From Phaeosaccion multiseriatum (lineage: Eukaryota; Protista; Ochrophyta, other classes): a stretch of 64,000 nucleotides of DNA. The notes under the pieces were generated by a model that was not told the origin of the DNA, did not search any database, and was given only the letters and a program-made list of their open reading frames with translations. The position numbers and the translations under genes were made by a program. The stretch is from positions 3,038,001 through 3,102,000 of the forward strand of contig OZ218950.1 of the NCBI GenBank assembly GCA_965112735.1. The letters run 5' to 3'. Of the stretch, positions 39,216 to 49,520 are shown in pieces. How positions within the stretch are numbered: position 1 is the stretch's first letter; each line of letters begins with the position of its first letter.

Positions 39216-42200
39216 GCCACATGATGGCGAGGGTCATCTTCCTGTTTCCGTCGATGATGTCCAATCCCCCGATATTGACCACTCGAAGGTCCATGGCCTT
39301 GGCCGTTTCAATGACGTAGTTGCCGTTCTCCACCTTCTTGTAACGGTTCTTGGGATTGATGTTGACGCGCTTCCACGACACCACGCCGGGCTGCACATAG
39401 TCCATCACTCGAAGGATGCTCGTACCGTCCTATAGGAAACAGAAGGGATGGAGGAGGACAGCAGGGGAGAGAGGTGCAAGGACAATGCTGATGATGATGG
39501 TGAAGATGATGATGATGGAGGCACAGCCACGCAGCCGTGTGTCGCCTCTCGCTGCCCTGCCCATCCGCTGCCATCGCGACGTCAATCGATCGCCTGCCTG
39601 GAGGATGAAGAGTAGGGCAGTTCCCCCCTCCCTCCCTTTCGTTTCTTCCTTCCAAGGAAGGAACCGCCACCCTCTCCTCCCTCTCCTCCCTCTCCCTCCT
39701 CCCCCTTCTCCCTTTCCTTCCTCCTTCCTCTCCGTGCCTCCTTCCATCCTTCCTCACTTTCCCGCCTTCCTTCCTTCCTTCCTCCTCCTCCTCCTCCTCC
39801 TCCTCCTTCTTCTTCTTCTTCTTCTTCTTCTTCTTCTTCTTCTTCTTCTTCTTCTTCTTCTTCTTCTTCTTCTTCTTCTTCTTCTTCTTCTTCTTCTTCT
39901 CCTCCTCCGCCCTACCTGCACATCAGCGAAGAGGTTGTTGATGTAGAGCGTGCCACCCCCCGACTTCTCGTCCTTCTCCAGGGCCAGCGAGTTGATCCAC
40001 ATGCGGAACACCTTCTCCTCGCGAGTGTCACCCTCATCGTCCAGCTGAGAGAAGGGAAGGGAAGGGAGGGGAAGGGTGGGGAAGGGAAGGGAAGGGAGGG
40101 AAAAGGGGGGCAAACCATATCATAACAATCCGTGAGGAAGAGCAGAGGGCAGGCAGAGGCAAGTGGAGGTAACACAGAGGGATGGGTAGGATAGGGGGAT
40201 GCGGCAAGCGAAGCACGCAAAAAGAGCAAGCCAGAGAGCAGCATAGTAAGCATCTTTATGACGTACGTAAATCTCCACTCCTCCTCCTCCTCCTCCTCCT
40301 CCTTCCCACTCACGTCTTTGCTGGCATAGTTGGCCACGAACTCCTGCAGCTTCTCGTCCTCCACCTCCAGCTTCGGGTTGGTGTTGAACAGCTGTCCAGG
40401 GGGGGGGGGAGGGGGGCGGAGGGAAATCTCAGCGGCGCTCACTCACTCTTGTCACTCGGCTCAAGCAGAGTAGAGTATGAGACAGTCAAGCCAGTACAGT
40501 ACCAGTCGGGGAGTCAACGAAAGAGAGAGTAGAGTTGTATGCGTCCCACCAGCCAGCCGGCCTGTGATAGCCTGCCAGCCCGCCAGCCCGTCAGTGTCCT
40601 ACCCCTTGCACTGGCCCTGGCCCTGGCTGTGGCTGCACATACGACTGGTGTCCCTTCCTTACCTGAGCCACAAAGGCGAGCATGAGCTTCCTGTTGGCGC
40701 TAGTGATGTCCGAGGGGCGGATAAAGGTCTCCACCCCCATGGCCTTGGCGCCGGTGATGACATGATTGGCTCTGGCCTCGGGGTCGGAGGCAGGGCAATG
40801 GGGGCAGTTCATGGGGTCCAGCTGGAAGGAGGGCGCGGCCAGAGGGGAGGGTGCAGCAGTTGGTGATACAGCACCAAGACACAAAGCGAGAACCTCACCG
40901 CGCACCTTCCCACCTTTCACATGTCTTTCACGTAACTTCCACGTGTCTCGCCACTTTCTCTCTCCCTCTCTCCCTCTCATTCACTCTCCCACCTCACTAC
41001 TTCACCCACTCCCTCCGTCCGTCCCTCCCTCCGTCCGTCCCTCCCTCCCTCCCTCCCTCACCTGATGCAAGAGCGTGGCGAGCGCCTCCCCATCCGCAAG
41101 GTCCTTGCCAAAGTTGTTCACTCGCAGGGGGCTGTTGGCCCGCTCTAGGTGGTGGTTGAACCAGCGCACGAGCAGCGTCTCCGGCTGCAGCTTGACAAGG
41201 TTGTCCATGTCCTCTCCCTCCTACACACGCCCCAAACAGCGGCCAGAGCAGAGCAGAGCAGGAGTCAGAGCCGTGCAGTAGCCAGGCGAGAGGGGCATCG
41301 CAGCCAGAGTGGCAAAGCAGAGAGCAGGAGAGCACAAGTGCCAATGAAAGAGGGTACAGTACAGGGCGTAGTCCAAGTAGACTGAAAAGGGTATATCGCA
41401 CGGCAAAAGGTCCTCTAAACACAAGCTGTGCTTCCTCTCATTGGGTTTCCTCTTCCCTGTGTGTGCCCCCCTCCGCCCTTCGTGCCATACCTCGAGAAGA
41501 CAGACGAGCTCCGGGCACGCTGCTAGACTGATGGAGCTCAGCAGTTGGATGCGGATGATCTGGACGCCCAAATAACAGAGGAAGAGAAAGGGAAGAGAAA
41601 GGCAGGGGAGGGGAGTGCAGGTCAGAAGTGCCTCCACTCAAAACACAAGAATGTTCTGACGATTGACAATTGTAGGCAGAGGACGGACGCAGACACACAA
41701 AAGTCCACTCCACACTACCCCACCCTCCCCTCCCCTTCCCCTTCACTCCACACTACCCTCCCCTCCCCTCCCCTTCCCTTCACTCCACCCCACCCTACCT
41801 GCCAAATGAGGCCGAGAATGAGGATGGGGTTTCCGTCAATCACATCCTTGGCGTTAACGTTGGTCACCACACAGCCAATGGCTCGAGCAGCGTTAAGGGC
41901 GAGGTTCATGTTCTCAATCTTTTGAAAGATGGATAGCTTGGGCTTCTTAACGGAGGGGATGTTGAGGGCACGCATGTCTACTGTGTCGTACTCCGCCATA
42001 TTGATGAGCTTACACAGCACTTGAATCGTGAAGGAGGAAGGAGAAGGGAAAGGAAGGGGGGGGAGGAGGGGGGCGGGTGGGGGAGTGGAATTAGGGTCTC
42101 TCCAACAACCTCTGTGGGGTGGTTGAAAGCAGAGGCGGACTGCAAACGGCAGGCATGCAAGGGAGCACATACCAAGACAAACAACACCCCCATAGATATA

Positions 42201-43398
42201 CACACATATGCACACGTATGCACACCACGTAACGTGCATGTACACACGCGCACACCAACACACAAGGCTCCCTTCCCTTCGTGCGTCTCACGCACCGATT
42301 CCATCCGCAACTTCCGAGAACAGCCCCTCGGTCTCTGCGTCAATGGGCAGTCTGGGCTTGACGAGTTCGTCGTTGCTGAGGCAGTTGTTGATGTGCTCCG
42401 TGAAGGCGGACCTCTCCTCGTCGCTGTAGCTGTGGTAGGCGCTACCCCCCCCCGCCCGCTTCTGCATGCCGCTTTTTAACAAGTTCGACTTGGACGCCGT
42501 TGTGGATAGATCTGGGGAGGGAGAGAGGGAGAGGGAGAAAGAGAGAGAGGGGGGGGGGGGGCAGGAAGCATCGGTCTTTGGTTAATGGGGTCAAGAGAAC
42601 CCCTCGATCGGTGTGGTCATTGTGTTAAGTCTCGCCCGGCTTCTTCATTCATTCACCTTTTACGGCCCCAGACGGTCTCCGGGCCGGCTCCGGCGTCTTA
42701 GGAAAAGGAGCAACATCAGGAACGACAACAACGTCTTCTCCGTCGTCTCCCCTCAGGCCAGTCACAACACGCACAAACTCCGGGAACTGGATGGAGCCGT
42801 CTCCGCTGGTGTCTGAGTCCTTCATAACCGCCTTCACTTCCTCCTCAGACGCCTGTGTGGCCGAGTGAGGGTCGTGCGTGTGGAAGGGCGTGTGTGGAAG
42901 GGTGTTATTGCTATGTAGAGAAGGGTATTGCGGGGACATTGGAGCCTAATGGGTTATTATAACCTAGGGGGTGTCTGCCTTTGCGGAGCGTCTGTCTTCT
43001 CGGCAGTATCGTCGCTGGCATCTGCTGCTGCTTCTGCTACTGCTGCTTGGTGAAGCGTGGACCCTTCGACAGCTGGCTGCTGGCTGACCGGCATGGGAAC
43101 AGCCCCCCCATTCCTCTGGCTCCCTTTTTCTCCACACACACTTGTTCTCAGATCTCGTCCCGCTTTCGGGAGAAGCAGCAAGCGGCCCACACGGCGTACA
43201 AGCAAGTGAAGAGCCTCAATCAAGCAAACTTACATTCTCCCCCAGCTCCGCGAGAGCCTTGGTGAGCTCTCCCATGTCGATGCTCCCGTCCGAGTTGGCG
43301 TCAAATTGGGCGAACGATCTCTTGATGTTCAGGGTTTGCTCCTGGGTCAGAGAAGCAGCAAGGTCCTCCGGTATCAAGTAGGAGGTGAAGGACGCCAT
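38018..43398 (-). CDS. Fimbrin/plastin (2 EF-hands + 4 calponin-homology domains)
   Basis: EF-hands FDANSDGSIDMGEL and SDTSGDGSIQFPEF. CH-domain motifs HSYSDEERSAFTEHIN, LCKLIN, ENMNLALNAARAIGC, LILGLIWQ, LLVRWFNHHL, TREEKVFRMWINSL, KKVENGNYVI, GNAKYAVSVARKIGA. Confidence 0.96.
39781..39907. repeat. (CCT)n(CTT)n compound microsatellite, intronic
   Basis: Directly visible next to a donor site of the fimbrin gene. Confidence 0.9.
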
Positions 43399-43805
43399 CG
43401 TCCCACCGCTGTGTGCCTCAACTGCCGCTGCTGCTGCTCTTTCAGCCTTCCGGAGCAATTTTGTCTGAAAGTGATGTGATGGAAAAGGAAAAAGCCGCTT
43501 GGCACACCCTCCTCTCTCTTCCTATGATCGTGCGAAGTCGTCCAACTGATTGTCAAGGTGATCTATTTATATGTGTGCTTGCTTGTAGCTATTTTTGTCT
43601 AACTCCTCTCGATTCAATGCAGCGATGATGCGGGCTCCGCAAGCAACTGGCACTCCAACTCGTCGGCCCCCTCGGGTTGGCGGCACTGAGCTTCCTTTCT
43701 CATTCCTCTCCCGCCACACAAGGGGCCTACCTCAAAATCTCGTGTCTATCTCTGGCTTCGAGTTGCCGGCAGCCCTTCTTTCCCCGAGAGGAAGAAGAGG
43801 AGAGA

Positions 43806-44120
43806 ATGAAGGGTCAGAAGAGGAAGGCCGAGAGAGGAGGAGGCGGGGTGGGAAGAGGCGGCAACAGTGGCAGTGGGAGCGGCAGCCACAGGGCTCAGCC
43901 GGAGAAGAGAGGGGCGTTTCCACCGCCGAGAACTGGCAAGATGAAGCAGCAGGACAAGATGAGGGGGAAGATCAGCAGGCCAGAAGAGGAGGAGGAGGAG
44001 GAGGAGGAGGAGGACGAGGAGGGAGGCAGCAGCAGCTCAGAGGAGGAGGATGGCGAGGAGGAGGAGAGAGCAAAGACGAGTAAAGCAAGCGGCAGCAGCA
44101 GTGAGGACGAGGACAGTGAA

Positions 44121-44155
<35 letters not shown>

Positions 44156-45777
44156 GGAGGAGGAGGAGGAGGAGGAGGAGGAGGAGGAGAAGCCTCGTCC
44201 AAAGGGCCCTGCGAAAGACGCTGTCGCAGCAGCAGGCAAGCCCAAGAGCAAGGGTGAGTCTGCACCCAAGGAGGAAGAAGTGCCACCCTGCGCCGATTCG
44301 TTCGCAGAGCTTGGAGTCACGGACGTGCTGGTGGAGGCCACGACGGCTCTCAAGTGGGCCAAGCCGACCGAGATTCAGAGTCAGTCCATCCCCCTGGCTC
44401 TCAGCGGGCGAGACGTCATCGGCCTGGCAGAGACGGGGTCCGGGAAGACGGGGGCCTTTGGCATCCCCATCCTCCAGGCCCTCTTGCAGACGCCTCAGCG
44501 GCTGTTCGCATGTGTGTTGGCACCCACGCGAGAGCTAGCCTTCCAAATCAATGAAGTTATGGAGGCGCTCGGGTCCGGCATCGGCCTCAAGACGGCGTGC
44601 TTGGTGGGGGGCATTGACATCATAACGCAGGCCATTGCCCTGGCCAAGAAGCCACACATCATCATCGCCACTCCGGGAAGGTGGGTGGGGAGATGAGTGG
44701 ATGTGGGTGCATTACCGTCAGAGGCCGAAATGCGTTTGTCGACTGTGCCCTTCCCCCCTCTCGAAGGCCCCTGTTCTCTCTCTCTCTCTCGTTCGCCGCC
44801 AACCTGTCCTGTCTTTTGCCTTTTCCAGGGCTGGTGTCTTTGAATCAATCAAACTCACAACCCCGTTCTTCCCTGCCCCCATCTGGCTTCCCCCTCCCCC
44901 TCTCCATCGCAATCCCAATAACAGACTCGTAGACCACCTTGAGAACACCAAGGGCTTCAACTTGCGATCGCTCAAGTTCTTTGTGTTGGACGAGGCGGAC
45001 CGCTTGCTCAGTATGGATTTTGAAGAGGAGATTGACAAGGTCCTGGGCGTAATTCCTCGGGAGCGGAGAACGTTCCTCTTCAGCGCCACCATGACCTCAA
45101 AGGTGGCCAAGCTGCAGAGAGCGTCGCTGAGAGACCCGGCCAAGGTGTCGGTGACTAACAAGTTCAGCACGCCTGCTACACTGGTGCAGCAGGTGGGTGA
45201 GAGAGGGGAGAGGGAAGGCAGAGAAGCAGTGAGTGGGGGCGAGGAAGAAGACATCAGTATCCTCTGCTGCTTGGGCTTGCTGCTGCTGCTTGCTCTCAGC
45301 TCCTCAAGACCTCTTTTTCTCATTGCCCTCCCCTCTCCGCCTCCTCCTCCTCACTTGCCTCTTGCACATCGAAACCGTCGCATCCTATTCAACCCCTCTT
45401 CCTCTTTTTCCACCCCTGGTGCAGTACATCTTCATCCCTGCCAAGTTCAAGGACTGCTACCTGGCCTACATTCTCAACGAGTTCGCAGGGCAGAGCGCCA
45501 TTGTGTTTGTGGGCACGTGCAACAACGCGCAGAGAGTGGCTCTGATGCTGCGCAACTTGGGCTTTGGAGCGGTGTGTCTGCATGGGCAAATGACTCAGCC
45601 CAAGCGCCTCGCAGCGCTCAACAAGTTCAAGGGCGGGGAGGTGAGCCCTTTCCACACACCAGCAGCGACTGGCGGCCGCGTGACTGCTCTACGAACATTC
45701 TGCTTCTTCCTGCCCACTTGACACACGCTGCCTTAGAGGCCTACCCCCACCCTTCGCTACCCTTCGCTCTCTCCTTT

Positions 45778-45813
<36 letters not shown>

Positions 45814-46765
45814 TGGCGCCCCCTCACCCTACCCCTTTCCACACGTGTTCTGCGAGAGTTTGCTTGGCGCATCGTGTAACCGCATTCTCTTTCTGTCTTT
45901 TCTCTCTTGTCTCTCTTCTGTTTTCGGTACTGCTCAGCGAAACGTGCTCATCGCTACTGATGTGGCGGCTCGAGGACTCGACATTCCCAACGTCGACATG
46001 GTGCTAAACTTCGATATTCCCAGCCATGGGAAGGTAAGATAGACACGATTCACACTGATTTAAGACACAGAGTTCCTGTCTGCGTCTTTGGCCCGTCTTC
46101 ACTCGCCGCTACCTTTGCGTCCTTCTCCTCACTCTTCTCTCTCCCTCTCTCTGTGTGTGTGTGTGTCCCCTTCAGGACTACATTCACCGTGTGGGGCGCA
46201 CTGCTCGCGCTGGTCGCGCTGGGAGGTCCATCGCCTTCGTCACCCAGTACGACGTAGAGGTGTTCCAGAGAGTGGAGGTGAGTCAGGTACCAGCCAGAGC
46301 CAGGAGCAGATTACGTTCACTTCATCTGCGGGTGTGTGGTCTCTACGGCAACGTGTGGGATGTGGTGCGTGGGCGTGCACCTGTACCCCACCCCATACCC
46401 CTCTGACATTTGTGAATCGTGTGTTACTGCTTTTGCCTTCTTACTTCGTCCCTTCCCAGGGTCTCCTCGGTCGTAAGCTGCCTGCCTTTGAGACCGATGA
46501 GGACACTGTGCTTGTGCTGCTTGAGCGCGTCAACGAGGCTCAGCGAATCGCCACAAGAGAGATGAAGGAGATGGAGATTGAGAAGAGGGGGGGTGGAGCG
46601 AGGGGCAGGAAGCGAAAGGGAATGGGAGGGGACCGAGAGGGGAGCGGGGACGCCGAGGGGGGAGATGTGGAGAGCGCAGTGCGAGGCTTCGGCAAGAGGG
46701 GAGGAGGGAGGGGCGGGAGGGGTGGGCGGGGGGGAGGGGGAAGGGGTCGCGGGGGGAGGCGGTAG
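43806..46765 (+). CDS. RRP3: DEAD-box rRNA helicase RRP3/DDX47
   Basis: Q motif [28 protein letters not shown]|[65 protein letters not shown]. Acidic N-terminus and RGG tail. Confidence 0.95.
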
Positions 46766-47187
46766 CGCGGACGAGGAGCGCAGCTTGGCTGCGACGAGAG
46801 CGACGCATGGCAAGGAAGAGGAGCAGCAACAGTTGGTGATACGACAGCAGCAATGGGAGGTGGAATGGACCCAGGAGCTGGCAAGGAGACACGGCGAGGC
46901 GATGGCTGAGCTTGAGCCACCTACACCTCGCTCAGGCGAGGAGCGATGGGAAGCGCGAGCCGAAACCCGCGATGCTACTGGATTGGTGCATTTTATTTAC
47001 ACTAAGGTGGCTCTTTCTCAGAACGCATGCTTCTCTGCCTGCTCACCCCTCCTCAGAGCGAGAACAAGCAACGGCACGTCAGTCTTAGGCCTTCGTTCTT
47101 TAATCCCGCTGTATAAACATAAGCTATGTACACTGTGTGTGGGTGTGTGTGTGGGTGCCTTTCACGGCCGAACGGAGTTGACGGTTG

Positions 47188-48536
47188 CTACTCTGCTGCT
47201 ACCAAGAATGCTCCCTCTGCGGGGGGCTGGGTGGGGGCGGACACGGGGAGAAAGCACTCCTTCGGGTCGGCGAGAATCTCGTCCTCCCAAGCCCAAGCCC
47301 CTCCTCGCGGGCTTGACGAAGAGTAGGAGGAGAAGGAGGAGGAGGAAGAGCGGTCGTAAGACGGCGAGGAGGAGGAAGAGGTCGTGATCGAGTACTTGTC
47401 GTCGGGAGACAGCGAGTCGGACATGAGCCAGTCCCAAAGCCTCTCCAGGAGGGCCCCGCCTGAGGTGTCGCCACCGCTGCTGCTTCTGACCCTCGCTTCC
47501 CCCTGCTCCTGAGCGCTGGGGCAGTATGCGGGCACCTCAAAAAAGTTGTCCTCGAATGACATTGGTCGGAACACGCCATAATCGGCCCCGTGCACGCCTA
47601 GCGGCCTAGGCCTATTTTGGAAAATTCCCCGGCCTAGCGAGGGCCGTAGGCCCTCGGCCTATTTATAGGCCGCCTAGGCGGCGGCCTAGGCGGGGGCCGG
47701 AGGCCCGCGGCCTAGGGCAGACGCCAACTAGGCGCAGGTCCAGGGCGGGAATATGCTCATATGCCCCTGGGCTGGCCCGGAACCCGCCCAAGTGTCGTCA
47801 GTTTTAAGCAAATGTATTGCATGGGATAAGCGAGGAGTAGACTTGGTTCGTGTTGTCTCTTTCCGCCTCGCTGGCCCTACGAGGAGCAGGCTTACAGGTG
47901 TGCTGCTACCCACTGGCGCGCGCACGCACGCGCCCACGGTCACTGGGAGGCTGCCTAGAGGCGGGCTATAGGCCGCCTAGGGCTGAAAAGTGAGCGGCCT
48001 AGAGCGGCCGGAGGCCGCCGGCCTAGGCCTATTTCGGCCGAAGGCCGAGCGGCCTAGCGGCCTAGAGCCTAGGCCGCTAGGCGTGCACGGCCGGGGCCGA
48101 CCAGCCATAATCCTCCTGGTTCTTGTTGCCCTGAGTGATGGGTCAAAGCAGATGGACAATGAGTGGGACTGACAGGAAGGAAGAAGACTCAGGGCATCAG
48201 CCCGAGAAGCTGCAGGACAGTCTCACCTTTTGGTCAAGGGGGGTGACAACGCGTGTCGGCCGCTTGGGATGCTCCACTGTTTCGTAGTACTCGTGATCTT
48301 GAGTGACCCACTTGTTCGATAGGACGCTGTTCACCACCTGTGTGCCTTCGTAGGCGCCTCCCACAAACCAGTCCTGGGTGACGATACCGACGGGTAGCTG
48401 AAGGTACTCGCATGGACTGCCTGGTTTTGCTCATTGAACACCCAGCTATCGGTCCCACGAATGAGAAAGCTGGAATTTTTGCAGCATGCTCAAGCGCGGA
48501 GCGTCGTAATATTTGAGGATTTGCTGCGGTGGTCCT
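47188..48536 (-). pseudogene. Disrupted gene for an At4g14100-like (ependymin/LolA-fold-like) protein
   Basis: Reconstructed: LKYYDAPRLSMLQKFQ/FLIRGTDSWVFNEQNQ/CEYLQLPVGIVTQDWFVGGAYEGTQVVNSVLSNKWVTQDHEYYETVEHPKRPTRVVTPLDQK|GNKNQEDYG[MITE B]VFRPMSFEDNFFEVPAYCP. Two frame breaks at ~48410-48470 and an insertion in the last exon. The family call is from remembered motifs. The 5' exon may extend past MITE C to ~48970. Confidence 0.6.
47582..48100. mobile_element. MITE-like element B (519 bp)
   Basis: Perfect 24-bp inverted repeat CCGTGCACGCCTAGCGGCCTAGGC (47588-47611 / 48067-48090) with outer ends TCGGCCCC...GGGGCCGA. GCCATAA(TC) is directly repeated at 47575 and 48104. Subterminal CCTAGG/GGCC arrays surround a unique core. 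Confidence 0.85.
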
Positions 48537-48634
48537 GTGCTCTCTCCGGCCGGAGCGCTCGCTTAAACAGTAGTTTGGGGGGAAGCAAGGGGGTGGGCCG
48601 GGGGGGGGCATTTGGGTGTCTCTAGAAAGCCTGA

Positions 48635-48908
48635 TCAAACCCTGATACACTATCCGCTCTCGCCGGCGCAGCCGGCACGCCATCCGCTATCGCCGGCGCC
48701 AGCCGGCGCGCTATCCGCTATCGAGGGCGCCAGCCGGCTTTGGGGGGGGGGGGGGGGGGTTGGGGGCGTGCTATCCGCTGTCGCCGGCGCCAACCGGCGC
48801 GCTATGATCCGCTAGCTATCGGCCGGCGCCAGCCGGCACGCTATCCGCTATCGCCGGCGGCTGATAGCGCGCTATCGAGAATGTGGGCGATAGTGTATCA
48901 GGGGTTGA
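48635..48908. mobile_element. MITE-like element C (274 bp)
   Basis: TIRs TCAAACCCTGATACACTATC / GATAGTGTATCAGGGGTTGA (19/20 match). Perfect 6-bp TSD GCCTGA (48629-48634, 48909-48914). Internal CTATCCGCTATCGCCGGCGCCAGCCGGC repeats. Confidence 0.88.
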
Positions 48909-49129
48909 GCCTGAGGCGGCCTGGCTGCGGCCGAAAGCAAGAAGCCGTGCGGGGGGCGATCCGAAACCATTTCCGAAGAGGGGAAAAGGGAATTGAAAAA
49001 ATTAAATTAAAAATTAATTTTAAAAACATAATCATGAAGCCAGGCAGCACTCAGCGCACAGGGAAAGAAAGACCCGGAGGGGGGGGGGGGGGGAATTGGT
49101 GCGCAGGGAGGGCACTCATTATTGTTGGC

Positions 49130-49488
49130 ATGTCTAGCATGCCTGGGAGAGGTTCCCACGTTGGTGAGCGGGCGCGCTCTCGGTCCCGTGTATTGTTTAG
49201 CACGCTCGTGCTTTACCTCTTCGGATTGCCCTCGCCAGCAGCAGGAAGTCCTCCAGCTTCCTTCGGTTTCTCCCCATCCGCTCACCATGTAAGAAGGAGC
49301 GCCCCTCGTGTGACTTGGGTCTGAATTCTTCACTTTGCCCCCATGAAGAACTGGCTGCGTAAAACCCCTTCCTGCGCTCCTCCCCCTTCTTTGCTGCATC
49401 ACTGGTGTGCCTTCACTTGGTCCGTGGAACATGATCGCTCATGCAAAGTATTTGTACCCCCCTGATCTCCCAGACGCGCTGGAAAGGT

Positions 49489-49520
<32 letters not shown>

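Noticed and set aside
21967-43398. Functional Ca2+-signalling cluster (7-TM, channel, EF-hand fimbrin)
   Set aside because: Adjacency alone in a gene-dense eukaryotic genome is not evidence; nothing in the sequence indicates co-regulation.
46578-47387. 269-aa plus-strand ORF overlapping the helicase end
   Set aside because: Alternative frame of the GC-rich RGG tail and 3' region, antisense to the pseudogene exon, with no recognisable motifs.
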